Below are positions 1-8,646 of a DNA stretch of 64,000 nt, piece by piece; the stretch's first letter is position 1; each line of letters starts with the position of its first letter. Both the position numbers and the translations under genes were made by a program. Where the stretch lies: assembly GCA_964551605.1 (NCBI GenBank), contig CAZKCV010000006.1, positions 70 to 64,069 on the forward strand. Reading direction: 5' to 3'. Origin of the DNA: an uncultured Gammaproteobacteria bacterium. Its GTDB lineage: Bacteria > Patescibacteriota > Microgenomatia > Daviesbacterales > UBA10151. Below the pieces are notes generated by a model. That model was given only the letters and a program-made list of their open reading frames with translations, was not told the origin of the DNA and did no database searches.

Positions 1-5
1 CCCCT

Positions 6-236
6 ATGGATGAAAAGGAACACAAAAAAGCCCAATTTAATAAAATTTACGCTAACATCCCATTGGGTCTAAGAGATGAAATTGTGGTTGTATTGGAAAA
101 CAACGAACCATTATCCTGGAATGCTGCCAAAATAGAGATTGATAATGATACAGATAAGGTAGATGAAATCTTAGACAAACTTAATCGGCTAGGTTTGTTA
201 AAAGAGCATTCGGAAGACCAACATGGACACGAATAA
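6..236 (+). CDS. hypothetical small acidic protein
   Basis: 76-aa ORF, no recognisable motif; overlaps next ORF by 14 nt. Confidence 0.3.
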   Translation: MDEKEHKKAQFNKIYANIPLGLRDEIVVVLENNEPLSWNAAKIEIDNDTDKVDEILDKLNRLGLLKEHSEDQHGHE

Positions 237-456
237 GGAAGACAAAAAGCTTCAGGAATACATTAAAGAGCTGGTGATAGCCAGAATTAACGCTCTCTCT
301 AAAGATTTGGAGATTTCAGTCGGTGGTGAAAATATTACCAGAGAGCAGATTGTAGAAAGCGTTAAAGAAGGTAATGAACTTGGCCAAGAGATCATTGAAA
401 TGCAGTTAAAATTCCTAAGAGATATTGCTAGAGGTAAAATCTACCAGAGTGAATAA
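223..456 (+). CDS. hypothetical protein
   Basis: 77-aa ORF, charged/helical, no motif. Confidence 0.3.
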   Translation: MDTNKEDKKLQEYIKELVIARINALSKDLEISVGGENITREQIVESVKEGNELGQEIIEMQLKFLRDIARGKIYQSE

Positions 457-1102
457 TTCCATCCTCATCACCAGACCTAATCATGATTTCCCTACCACTT
501 ACCTCTACTTCTGGAGTGAGTTGGTAATAGATGAGGCAAAAAACAAAGGGATCACAGTATTGGATTTAGAGGGTAAGAAAGCCAGCAAGCAAAAATTTGT
601 TAGTTATATCAGCAGAAACAATCCTCACCTAATTTTTCTAAATGGTCATGGATCAAAAGACTCTGTGGCAGGATATGATAATGAGGTATTGCTTGATGAG
701 GATAACTGCGAAGCGCTGCTTAGAGAAAAAATAATTTATGCTAGGAGTTGTGAGGCAGGGGCAAAATTAGGTCCATTTAGCATAGAAAAAGGCGCAGCTG
801 CTTTTATTGGTTACAATAAAGACTTCTGGTTAATCCGCTCAAAAGAACGGGGTACTAAACCATTAACTGATCCAATTGCTAAACTCTTTTTAGAGCCATC
901 AAATCTGGTACCTATTACCTTAATCAAGGGAAATAGTACCCAGGAGGCATATCAAAAATCCCAAGAGAATATGAGAAGAAACTTTAGTTACATGATTTCC
1001 AGTAAATCTTCCCTAGAAGAACGAGATGCTGCCTTTTTTCTTTTTTCCAATTATACTTGCCAAGTGATATTGGGAGATAAGCAAGCTTGTTTAAATAAAT
1101 AA
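425..1102 (+). CDS. caspase-fold (clan CD-like) cysteine peptidase-like protein
   Basis: Candidate His/Cys dyad: 'LNGHGSKDS' ... 'ARSCEAG' about 35 aa apart, as in gingipain/clostripain/caspase-type peptidases. The true start may be the in-frame GTG at 449. Confidence 0.35.
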   Translation: MLEVKSTRVNNSILITRPNHDFPTTYLYFWSELVIDEAKNKGITVLDLEGKKASKQKFVSYISRNNPHLIFLNGHGSKDSVAGYDNEVLLDEDNCEALLREKIIYARSCEAGAKLGPFSIEKGAAAFIGYNKDFWLIRSKERGTKPLTDPIAKLFLEPSNLVPITLIKGNSTQEAYQKSQENMRRNFSYMISSKSSLEERDAAFFLFSNYTCQVILGDKQACLNK

Positions 1103-1131
1103 ACCCCATGTAACTAGTGAGACATTTTGAT

Positions 1132-1677
1132 TTACGCTACTTGTTGCCTGCTAAGTTTTTCTTTATTATGCAGTAACAAACTTTGTTTGTATTTGGCTGT
1201 TAAGGTCTCAAGCTGCATAAGAAGCTCCTCGTTGCTCACTCCCTCATACCGGTCCTTTACAGTGACTTCATGACTCCCGATCTCTGTTGGTAAGCCTAGC
1301 TCTATCCTTTGAATTTCCCAGGCTTTCTCAAAATCAGCCATAGTAATCTCACCCTGGGGGTTTTCCCTTAGCTGCTGTCCAAACTTAATCATGATTGCCC
1401 GGGTGATTGTTAAAATTTCCATCTTGGATATTGCCAACTGTTCGATAGCTTTTTTGACTGCCTCTTCTTTTGCCGCCTGATGGATTGCCTGGGATCTTTC
1501 AACCCACTGGTATTTTGCAGACCAGCTTTTTAACGTTTTAAACGATGGCTTTTTGAATTTTAGCCCATATTCGGCCCATGTTTGGTGCAATTTTTGGATG
1601 GAAGGAGCAGGCATGCTGCTGTATGCCAAAAGTGCCTGATGCTGCATTATATTTTCTCTAGCCGGTTTATCGCTCAT
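1132..1677 (-). CDS. hypothetical protein
   Basis: 181-aa ORF, helical, no clear motif. Confidence 0.4.
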   Translation of the reverse strand: MSDKPARENIMQHQALLAYSSMPAPSIQKLHQTWAEYGLKFKKPSFKTLKSWSAKYQWVERSQAIHQAAKEEAVKKAIEQLAISKMEILTITRAIMIKFGQQLRENPQGEITMADFEKAWEIQRIELGLPTEIGSHEVTVKDRYEGVSNEELLMQLETLTAKYKQSLLLHNKEKLSRQQVA

Positions 1678-1785
1678 ACTGCTACTAGTCCTGGTTGCAA
1701 AATTTGTTGCATATACTTGTAGCTATAATCAAGTGGCTGATATGGTATAGTCCACTCATAGGTTCTGAATGTATTAAGCAAAGCC

Positions 1786-1875
1786 AACCGACCAAAGGGA
1801 GGTTAAAGGGCCAAACTTGTTTAGCCCGGCAACCGACCAAAGGGAGGTTAAAGGGCCAAACTTGTTTAGCCCGGC
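1786..1875. repeat. perfect 45-bp tandem direct repeat x2 (AACCGACCAAAGGGAGGTTAAAGGGCCAAACTTGTTTAGCCCGGC)
   Basis: Read directly: 1786-1830 equals 1831-1875. Intergenic between the glycoside hydrolase 3' end and the 181-aa gene start. Confidence 0.85.
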
Positions 1876-1908
1876 AACACGAGTAAAATTTTCCTAAAAA
1901 GAGTAGGT

Positions 1909-1929
1909 GCCAAGCTAGTCCACCTGGAA
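1909..1929 (-). terminator. REP-like hairpin immediately downstream of the glycoside hydrolase gene (terminator-like)
   Basis: CCACC-TGGAA-GGTGG inverted repeat 8 nt after the stop codon (minus strand). The T-run is weak. Confidence 0.3.
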
Positions 1930-1936
1930 GGTGGGC

Positions 1937-3127
1937 TTAATTCATATCAAGTACCAGTCCACCCCAGGTAAAATTTTGTGCCCCCAGACCCTCCCCTGTT
2001 TGCGGATTGAAATATTCCCGAAACCCTGATTTTTGAATTAAATTAATGGAGGTTTCCTTAATTTGTGCCGCAATATCACCAAAATCATAATTTAATAATC
2101 CTTTGTAGATAAGCCAATTAACTGCTATCCAGGTTGGCCCCCGCCAAAACCCTTTTGGGTTAAATGCAGGTTCGTCTATTGAAACAGTGGGGACCGGAAA
2201 TTTTGTCCAGAACTCTTTTTTGTTTAATAAGTGTTCAACTATTAATTTCTTTGCTTCTTCTTGGTTTAAGATTTCGGCAAATAAGGGCGTAAAGATAGCC
2301 CAGGTTTTTACTTTTATTTTTTGGTAGCCATTCCCGTAAGTTGAATAAAAAATGTCATCTTCCAGCATAAATTTCCTCATGGCTATGGAGATATTTCCTG
2401 CTTGTTTCATAAAGTAGACGGCATCTTCCTTATTCCCCAACCGTTCGGCAATTTGGGCAAGCAACTTTAGATTCGCTACCATAATGGCATTAAACGGTAC
2501 ATCTTTAACCCAGAAAAAATTCCTCATGCAGAAAGGTGCGTCAAATTTGCATTTAATATTTTGATTAACAAGCTCAAGACGTCTCTTAAGATTCTGATCT
2601 AATGTTTGTTTAGGAGGTAAGTCCAGAGGTGGATCAAAACGGGGTGAGTTATCTTCCCCTGACTCATCGGGATTCATAATTCCTATCAAATGTTTTTCGT
2701 GGGGATCCCTTTCATTGAGTAAATATTTGTAGAAGTGGTAAAGGGGGGCATAGGTTTGCATAAGGAAGTTGATATCCTTATCTTTTTTAAAAATCTGCCA
2801 CACTGCATAGGCCAGCATGGGTGGTTGGGTAATGGTGCTTGTTTTGTCTTTTCCCCATTTAATGGTAGGAAAAGCTACTTTCTTATTATTCTCCCAATAA
2901 ATCATGTGCGGAATCATGCCGTTTTGGAACTGTTTTGACAGCAGGGCCAAAATTTCCTTTTTTGCGTCTTCTGCTTTGAAATGGGATAGGATGATGGCAT
3001 GAAAACAGGAATCCCAAAGCCATTGGTAAGGGTAGGTATCAGGGGAAGGGACCGTATATTGCAGACCTGATGCCCGGCGGCGGTTTTGTTTCATCAGCTG
3101 GAGGCAGGTACTTGCGGTGCTGGCCAT
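1937..3127 (-). CDS. (alpha/alpha)6-barrel glycoside hydrolase (GH63/GH15/GDE_C-like; possible trehalase/alpha-glucosidase)
   Basis: 'YPYQWLWDSCFHA' N-terminal motif typical of the MGH/GDE_C-type toroid hydrolases. Overlaps otsB by 4 nt, so likely the same operon. Confidence 0.55.
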   Translation of the reverse strand: MASTASTCLQLMKQNRRRASGLQYTVPSPDTYPYQWLWDSCFHAIILSHFKAEDAKKEILALLSKQFQNGMIPHMIYWENNKKVAFPTIKWGKDKTSTITQPPMLAYAVWQIFKKDKDINFLMQTYAPLYHFYKYLLNERDPHEKHLIGIMNPDESGEDNSPRFDPPLDLPPKQTLDQNLKRRLELVNQNIKCKFDAPFCMRNFFWVKDVPFNAIMVANLKLLAQIAERLGNKEDAVYFMKQAGNISIAMRKFMLEDDIFYSTYGNGYQKIKVKTWAIFTPLFAEILNQEEAKKLIVEHLLNKKEFWTKFPVPTVSIDEPAFNPKGFWRGPTWIAVNWLIYKGLLNYDFGDIAAQIKETSINLIQKSGFREYFNPQTGEGLGAQNFTWGGLVLDMN

Positions 3128-3134
3128 AAATATA

Positions 3135-3923
3135 CTATACCAAAACTTTAAGTTTATTTAAGAAGAAAATGACATCTTCCGGATCTTTTAAGTAATACTT
3201 TGCTTTTGATTGGCGCTTCCTGCCTACGGTTATGGTAATTTCTTTATTCAATTTTTGAAAAGTATCCTCGTCAGTCTTGTCGTCGCCGATAACAATAGCC
3301 ACAGGTTTTTTCTTGGTCAGGGCGGCAATTTTCTTCATAACCATATCTGCAAAATAGCCCTTATTCCAAGCAGCTTTGGGAAGTATCTCCAGCACTTTTT
3401 TTCCTAAAATTGTAGAAACTAACCCCTGTTTTTTAATATTCTTTAATATTTTTTTAAGTGATAGTTTAAGTTGCGGGATTCGCTGTTTGTCTACTGCCCT
3501 AAAGTGAAATGCCAGCATTATTTTTTTATCTTCAATAAATGCCCCGTTAAATTGGTCAGTCACTTCCTGCAGTTGTTCCTTTATCTTTCTGATGGCTATT
3601 AAGCCGCTCTTTTTTACAGGAAAAATATATTGTTTATGCTGGATTTCTCCTTTGAAGCCGTGTTTACTGGCATAGATTATATCCGGTATCCCGACCCTTT
3701 GTTCCAGATCATTCAACTGCCTGCCGCTTACGACCGCTACATAAAAGTTGGGTTTTTGACAAAGGCTTTGTAATAATCTTTGGGTTCCTTTTGAAATGTT
3801 TGCCAGTTTTGGTGATTTGACGATGGGTGTGAGTGTGCCGTCAAAATCAAGGAACAAAACTTTCGGACAATCCTTCTTCAGCAAGAGGGTGATTTCATCA
3901 AGATCCTGCCATAAGTATTTCAT
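3135..3923 (-). CDS. otsB: trehalose-6-phosphate phosphatase (HAD-IIB)
   Basis: 'FLDFDGTLTPIV' HAD motif I, 'VVSGR' motif II and a C-terminal 'IGDDKTDED' motif. Confidence 0.75.
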   Translation of the reverse strand: MKYLWQDLDEITLLLKKDCPKVLFLDFDGTLTPIVKSPKLANISKGTQRLLQSLCQKPNFYVAVVSGRQLNDLEQRVGIPDIIYASKHGFKGEIQHKQYIFPVKKSGLIAIRKIKEQLQEVTDQFNGAFIEDKKIMLAFHFRAVDKQRIPQLKLSLKKILKNIKKQGLVSTILGKKVLEILPKAAWNKGYFADMVMKKIAALTKKKPVAIVIGDDKTDEDTFQKLNKEITITVGRKRQSKAKYYLKDPEDVIFFLNKLKVLV

Positions 3924-6160
3924 CCCAGTCCCACCATTGTTTTTAGAAGTTCCGCTGACCAGCGGTAAACATTATTATTTTTGATTATTTCCCGCATATC
4001 CTGCATTCTCTTTGCTTGTTCCTTGGGTGGCATTTCCAGGGCTTCCCTGATTGCATCAGCAGTCTGTTCGCCGTTGTATGGGTTGACAATAAGGGCATCT
4101 TTAAGTTCTCTTGAGGCACCGGTATACTGGCTGAGTATTAAGACACCTTTATAGTCATCTCTTGCTGCTACATACTCCTTTGCCACTAAGTTCATCCCGT
4201 CATGCAATGATGTGATTAGACAAAAATCAGCTACCCGATAGAACTTTTGAAGTTCGGTGTGGTTATGGTGTTTTTTAAGAAATATAATCGGCTTCCACTT
4301 ACCCTTCTTAAACTGTGAGTTAATGCGTTCAACTTCTTTTTCAACTGCTTCAGCAAACTCGCTCATTTTCTTAATTTTACTTCTTGAGGGAGGAGCAATC
4401 TGGATAAAGGTAAAATTTGATTGATATTGGGGGTTTTCAGTCAGGAAAATTTCAATGGCCTTTAACCGTTCCAGAATGCCTTTAATGTAATCAAGCCTGT
4501 CAACTCCCAGCCCGATATATTTTGTTTTTATCCCCAGATTCTTAACCAGTGCATGGGATTCTTTTCTGTTATTTTCTATGGTTTGTTTATCCAGGCCATT
4601 ACCATTTGAAAAAGCAATACTGATGGGAAAAGGTTTAACAAACGATTTATGGTTATTTCTGGTAATGGCAAATTGCTCAAAATCTATTAATGACTCCAAT
4701 TCCCTGCCTACTGTTTCAATGAAATTATTGCAGTAAAGTTGAGTATGGAAACCGACTAAGTCGGCACCTAATATTCCTTCCAGGACTTCTCTTTTCCATG
4801 GACAAATACTAAAGGATTCCGGATTAGGCCAGGGAATATGCCAAAAAAGCCCGATAACCGCACTGGGCTTTTGCATTTTTACCATCCTTGGGACCAGGGC
4901 AAGTTGGTAATCCTGGATTAAAACAATTGGCCTTTCCTGTTTCCTGATCTCCGCCAGGATTGTTTTTGCAAATTTTTCATTTACTTTATAATACTGTTCC
5001 CAATCTTCTTTTCTAAAAGTCGGGCGGTTATGGGCATTATGGCAAAGCGGCCACAACCCCTCGTTAGAGAATCCAAAATAATATCCTGCCTCTTCTTCTT
5101 CGGTCAACCAAATCCGTTTGAGGGTGTATTTTGGTTCGTCAGGCGGAACTTTTAGCCTATTGTTTTTATCCACTACTAACTTATCCGCATCCCCGCTCCC
5201 GTTAGCTATCCACATGCCTCCGCATGCCTGCATTACAGGTTCGATTGCTGTGACAGGCCCGCTTGCCGGCATATAATAAGTGATCTTACCGTTGCTTTTT
5301 GTATGGATATAAGGTTCCCTGTTTGAAACCATAAAGATAGTCCTGCCCTTTAAAATGTCTTTGATAAATTCCTTCAGTCTTTCTGCTGTCCATGGAGAGT
5401 TAACTTCTTCAAGCCGGAGCCTGGCTTCTTCACTGGCTGTTGATCGTGCTTCCTGTAAGCTCCTTCTGATATTGGTAATTTCATTTACCAGAGGGCGGAA
5501 AAACAATGAATTAACGGGTCTTCTGGAATCCGGTTCCCGTTCTCCTGATCTTGCTACCTTAAGTGATTCAACGAGGCTTTTTATTGGTGTATAGATAAGC
5601 CATTTTATTAAAAGAAGGGTGGCCAGGGATAATAAAGAGGCCTGGATAAAGAGTCTGAATAAGTTGTTTTTCCAGATGTCTTCTATTCTGGTATTAATAT
5701 ATTCGGCATTTTGAGCAATCATTAATGCCCCAACTACACTTTCTTTGTCATGAAGAGGGGTTGCCAGCAAATATATTTTATTATTATTAAGCTCAATAAA
5801 ATCACCTGTAGCCTGGTCCAGGTCCATGGCGTCCGCGGCGGTTTGTTTTGCCTTAGGAATTTCTGAAGTCAGACTTGAAGAAGTAGCAACCGGGTTTGCC
5901 TTATTATCATAAATGTTCATCCCCACCAGTCTTTCTTTGTTTTCGAATCTATTTACCATAGATTGCAGTTGCTGGTCTGATTTATTGATAAAATTTGGTT
6001 CAACAGCCTCTTTTAAGCTTTCGGCCAGCAGGGTGGAACGAAATTCCAGATCACTCTTGAGCCTTTGTTCTTCCCGATAAACCTGGGAGGCAGTGAAAGC
6101 GACTACAATAAGAGTTATAATTACTACAATTACAGAGACCGCAATCAATAACTGTTTCAT
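3920..6160 (-). CDS. otsA: membrane-anchored sensor domain fused to trehalose-6-phosphate synthase (GT20)
   Basis: The N-terminus has TM1, a roughly 150-aa extracytoplasmic domain, TM2 and a linker. The GT20 core follows, with 'LFWHIPWPNPE' and 'HDGMNLVAKEY' signatures. Confidence 0.75.
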   Translation of the reverse strand: MKQLLIAVSVIVVIITLIVVAFTASQVYREEQRLKSDLEFRSTLLAESLKEAVEPNFINKSDQQLQSMVNRFENKERLVGMNIYDNKANPVATSSSLTSEIPKAKQTAADAMDLDQATGDFIELNNNKIYLLATPLHDKESVVGALMIAQNAEYINTRIEDIWKNNLFRLFIQASLLSLATLLLIKWLIYTPIKSLVESLKVARSGEREPDSRRPVNSLFFRPLVNEITNIRRSLQEARSTASEEARLRLEEVNSPWTAERLKEFIKDILKGRTIFMVSNREPYIHTKSNGKITYYMPASGPVTAIEPVMQACGGMWIANGSGDADKLVVDKNNRLKVPPDEPKYTLKRIWLTEEEEAGYYFGFSNEGLWPLCHNAHNRPTFRKEDWEQYYKVNEKFAKTILAEIRKQERPIVLIQDYQLALVPRMVKMQKPSAVIGLFWHIPWPNPESFSICPWKREVLEGILGADLVGFHTQLYCNNFIETVGRELESLIDFEQFAITRNNHKSFVKPFPISIAFSNGNGLDKQTIENNRKESHALVKNLGIKTKYIGLGVDRLDYIKGILERLKAIEIFLTENPQYQSNFTFIQIAPPSRSKIKKMSEFAEAVEKEVERINSQFKKGKWKPIIFLKKHHNHTELQKFYRVADFCLITSLHDGMNLVAKEYVAARDDYKGVLILSQYTGASRELKDALIVNPYNGEQTADAIREALEMPPKEQAKRMQDMREIIKNNNVYRWSAELLKTMVGLG

Positions 6161-6201
6161 TCAATGTATTATACAGGAAAAAGATAAGACTGTAATCCGT
6201 G

Positions 6202-6786
6202 CTAGTTTGACTGATGCTTCGGAGGGTTTTGTAATGAATCTTTTTTGTTCTCTTTTGCTTCTTCTTTATTTTGTGCAGCCGGATTATCAGGAATCTGATT
6301 TTGGTTTTCCTTTTGCTTGCTGACTGATTCAATTGCCTGCTCTAAGCCTTTTATTGCCTGTTCAGGGGCTTTTTCTATGACCTTTTGTAAAACATTAATT
6401 GCTTTTGTTTTATCTTTTTGTAATCTTTCCTGCTCATTTTGTCTCCGTTTTTTAATTTCCGAGTTAATATAGATTTTTAGTTCAGGAGGTGTAATAGTTA
6501 AAACTGCTTCTTCACTTGCAGTTTTAATTTGATATAGCGGGTCTCCGGGTAAACTGTATTGAGCGGCATAAACTACCCCGATGCCCGGTAAGACAAGAAA
6601 TAAAAGCATTAAAAAGGCAAACCGATATAGAAATGGATGGTTTTCTTGTATTTTGGGACCGGAAATTTTGTTAAGAAGGCGCATCCTGGCGTTTTTTCTA
6701 AAAACCGGGTCAGGATTTATACTTTCTAAGTTTCTTAATTCCCTTAAAAATCGTTTTATATTATTATCTTTCATTTTTTTAATCAT
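6202..6786 (-). CDS. single-pass membrane protein, putative anti-sigma factor (DUF5667-like)
   Basis: Directly downstream of, and overlapping, the ECF sigma gene. It has one TM helix and a charged coiled C-terminus, paralogous in architecture to 30542..31177. Confidence 0.45.
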   Translation of the reverse strand: MIKKMKDNNIKRFLRELRNLESINPDPVFRKNARMRLLNKISGPKIQENHPFLYRFAFLMLLFLVLPGIGVVYAAQYSLPGDPLYQIKTASEEAVLTITPPELKIYINSEIKKRRQNEQERLQKDKTKAINVLQKVIEKAPEQAIKGLEQAIESVSKQKENQNQIPDNPAAQNKEEAKENKKDSLQNPPKHQSN

Positions 6787-7195
6787 TTTCTAATAACCGC
6801 CTTAATTTTTTTAGTGCCCTGTTTTGTAAAACCCTGACATGGCTAACCGGCTTTTGTAGGATGGTACTGACTTCTTCATTAGTTTTTTCCTCTACAAATT
6901 TCAGGATGATAATTTCCTTATAGGCATCAGATAGTTTTTCCAGCGCCCTTAAAGCAGCTTCGTAAGTTAACTTAAGTTCAGTATAGTCCAGCGGAGATAA
7001 ATTGTTATCTTCTAACTCCGTTATGGCTTCAAGTTGAACATATTTTTTTTGAGTCCGATAATAGTCTATTACCGAATTTCGGGCTATGCGGAATAGCCAT
7101 GCTTCAAAGGGTGCTCCTTCATCCTGAAATCCATTCAGCCCTTCCCAGGCCTTTAAGAATATATTTTCCGTTAAATCTTCCGCCTCCTCCTTCAT
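6779..7195 (-). CDS. ECF-type sigma-70 factor (ATG-defined ORF; homology continues to 7321)
   Basis: Region 2 'FEAWLFRIARNSVIDYYR' and region 4 'VRVLQNRALKKLRRLL'. The upstream in-frame codons encode a sigma region 2.1-like sequence. Confidence 0.7.
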   Translation of the reverse strand: MKEEAEDLTENIFLKAWEGLNGFQDEGAPFEAWLFRIARNSVIDYYRTQKKYVQLEAITELEDNNLSPLDYTELKLTYEAALRALEKLSDAYKEIIILKFVEEKTNEEVSTILQKPVSHVRVLQNRALKKLRRLLEND

Positions 7196-7394
7196 ACCTA
7201 CTCTAAAATAAACAAAACGGTAGATTTTCCCCAGTAATAAGTCATAAATTTTTCCATATGCTTCCCCGCTCCCTTCCCGAGCTTTCCTGACCAGTAATTT
7301 TAGGCTTTCTTTCGTAGTGTATTAATTATAACGAAAGATTGGAAAATGTGTAACATGTTATGTTCTTAAGTTATTTTCGTTTTACTTATTAGAG

Positions 7395-7586
7395 ATGGAT
7401 ATGCAAAGAAGTGCAAATAATTTACAAGTCAGTAATGCTATCGAATTTTGGGGATTATTTTGTTTCGTTTGTGACAAAGATTTTATCCTAAAAAGGAAGC
7501 TTTTTCAGGGCAAGCGGGATATGAAATGCCCCCGGTGCCACACAAAAGAGGCTGTGATTACCAATGTTTCAGATCAGGTCAGGTAG
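7395..7586 (+). CDS. possible small zinc-ribbon protein
   Basis: CxxC...CxxC ('FCFVCDKDF...KCPRCH'); weak RBS. Confidence 0.25.
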   Translation: MDMQRSANNLQVSNAIEFWGLFCFVCDKDFILKRKLFQGKRDMKCPRCHTKEAVITNVSDQVR

Positions 7587-7783
7587 ATTATGAAGTTACA
7601 CAACTTAAGATCGAGGTCTTGACAAAGTTTTCAAAAGTGCATATCGTAGGAATTGTCCGGCCGATGCATAGGTTTGGGGCTTAATGCCAGAAAGCCAGGT
7701 TTCTAGAGACCGGCCCAATGACAGGATAAAAGTTAGTTGTGTGTGGTTCTAAGAAGTGCAGATGGAAACATTAGTGCTTCGAC

Positions 7784-7815
7784 AAAAAAATCTGTCCACA
7801 AGGCAGATTTTTTTG
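7784..7815 (+). terminator. intrinsic terminator (A7-hairpin-T7, bidirectional)
   Basis: ATCTG-TCCACAAGG-CAGAT stem flanked by an A-run and a T-run, 6 nt upstream of the SGNH hydrolase ATG. Confidence 0.45.
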
Positions 7816-7820
7816 ATTAT

Positions 7821-8645
7821 ATGAAAAGATTTCTGATATTACTTGGTTTAATTTTAATTATTATTGTTCCCTTTTTCATTCTGACTAATCTGATACTTAA
7901 AAATCTGGAAAGGAAAGCTGAGCAGAAGGTTGAAAAGAAGCCTCTGGTTAATATCCGGGAAGATAACAGGACTAAAGTTAAATACCCTGATGATTTTACT
8001 ATTGTGCTGGTTGGTGATTCAATGACTGAACGCTTAGGCAATTCGGATGAGATACGGGCCAACTTAAAAAAATATTATCCGGGGAAATCAATTGAGGTAC
8101 TAAACTATGGTTTTGGTTCCACTAATATTTTATCAGTAGAAAAAAGACTGACGGAAAAGTCTTTTTATACCCGGGAATTCCGGCCGATTTTAGATATTGC
8201 TTTTGATGTATTAATCCTGGAATCTTTTGGTAATAATCCCCTTTCGCAGTTTCCTTTGGAGGACGGCTTAAAAAAGCAAACTCAAGCTTTGGACCGGATT
8301 GTGGATTTGATCAGAAAGGGAAATCCCGGCTCAAAATTAGTTTTTCTGGCCACCATTGCCCCTGATAAATTTAACTTTGGCAAGGGGGTGCTGGATTTAT
8401 CGGATAAGGAACGGGAAAAATGGGCTTTAGAAAGAACGGAATATATTAAAAATCATATAAATTATGCCAAATCCCACAATATCCCGCTGATTAATGCTTA
8501 TGAAAATTCCTTGACAAAAGACGGCAGCGGCCGGGCAGATTTTCTTTCCAAAGACGATTATATCCATCCTTCCCCGAAAGGGGTGATCTTTATTTCGGAA
8601 CAGATAGCAACCTCGCTTTATGAATTTAGGATATTAGAGCAATAG
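7821..8645 (+). CDS. SGNH/GDSL-family hydrolase
   Basis: 'IVLVGDSMTERLG' GDS(L) block after an N-terminal TM anchor. Start moved to the ATG at 7821 (MKRFLILLG...). Confidence 0.65.
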   Translation: MKRFLILLGLILIIIVPFFILTNLILKNLERKAEQKVEKKPLVNIREDNRTKVKYPDDFTIVLVGDSMTERLGNSDEIRANLKKYYPGKSIEVLNYGFGSTNILSVEKRLTEKSFYTREFRPILDIAFDVLILESFGNNPLSQFPLEDGLKKQTQALDRIVDLIRKGNPGSKLVFLATIAPDKFNFGKGVLDLSDKEREKWALERTEYIKNHINYAKSHNIPLINAYENSLTKDGSGRADFLSKDDYIHPSPKGVIFISEQIATSLYEFRILEQ

Positions 8646-8646
8646 A

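Noticed and set aside
1786-1875. CRISPR array?
   Set aside because: Only two identical 45-bp units with no spacers; the other tandem repeat (31927-32022) is in-frame coding sequence.
2735-2938. Many 60-110-aa track ORFs nested antisense or out of frame inside large genes (for example 2735.., 5355.., 13144.., 13425.., 20002.., 24169.., 25134.., 45602.., 51366.., 54151..)
   Set aside because: They lie entirely within well-supported longer genes, lack motifs and lack RBSs.
6051-6332. Track ORFs 6051..6332 (-) and 6093..6323 (+)
   Set aside because: They overlap the otsA start region and intergenic spacer, are low-complexity and have no RBS, so they are likely spurious.
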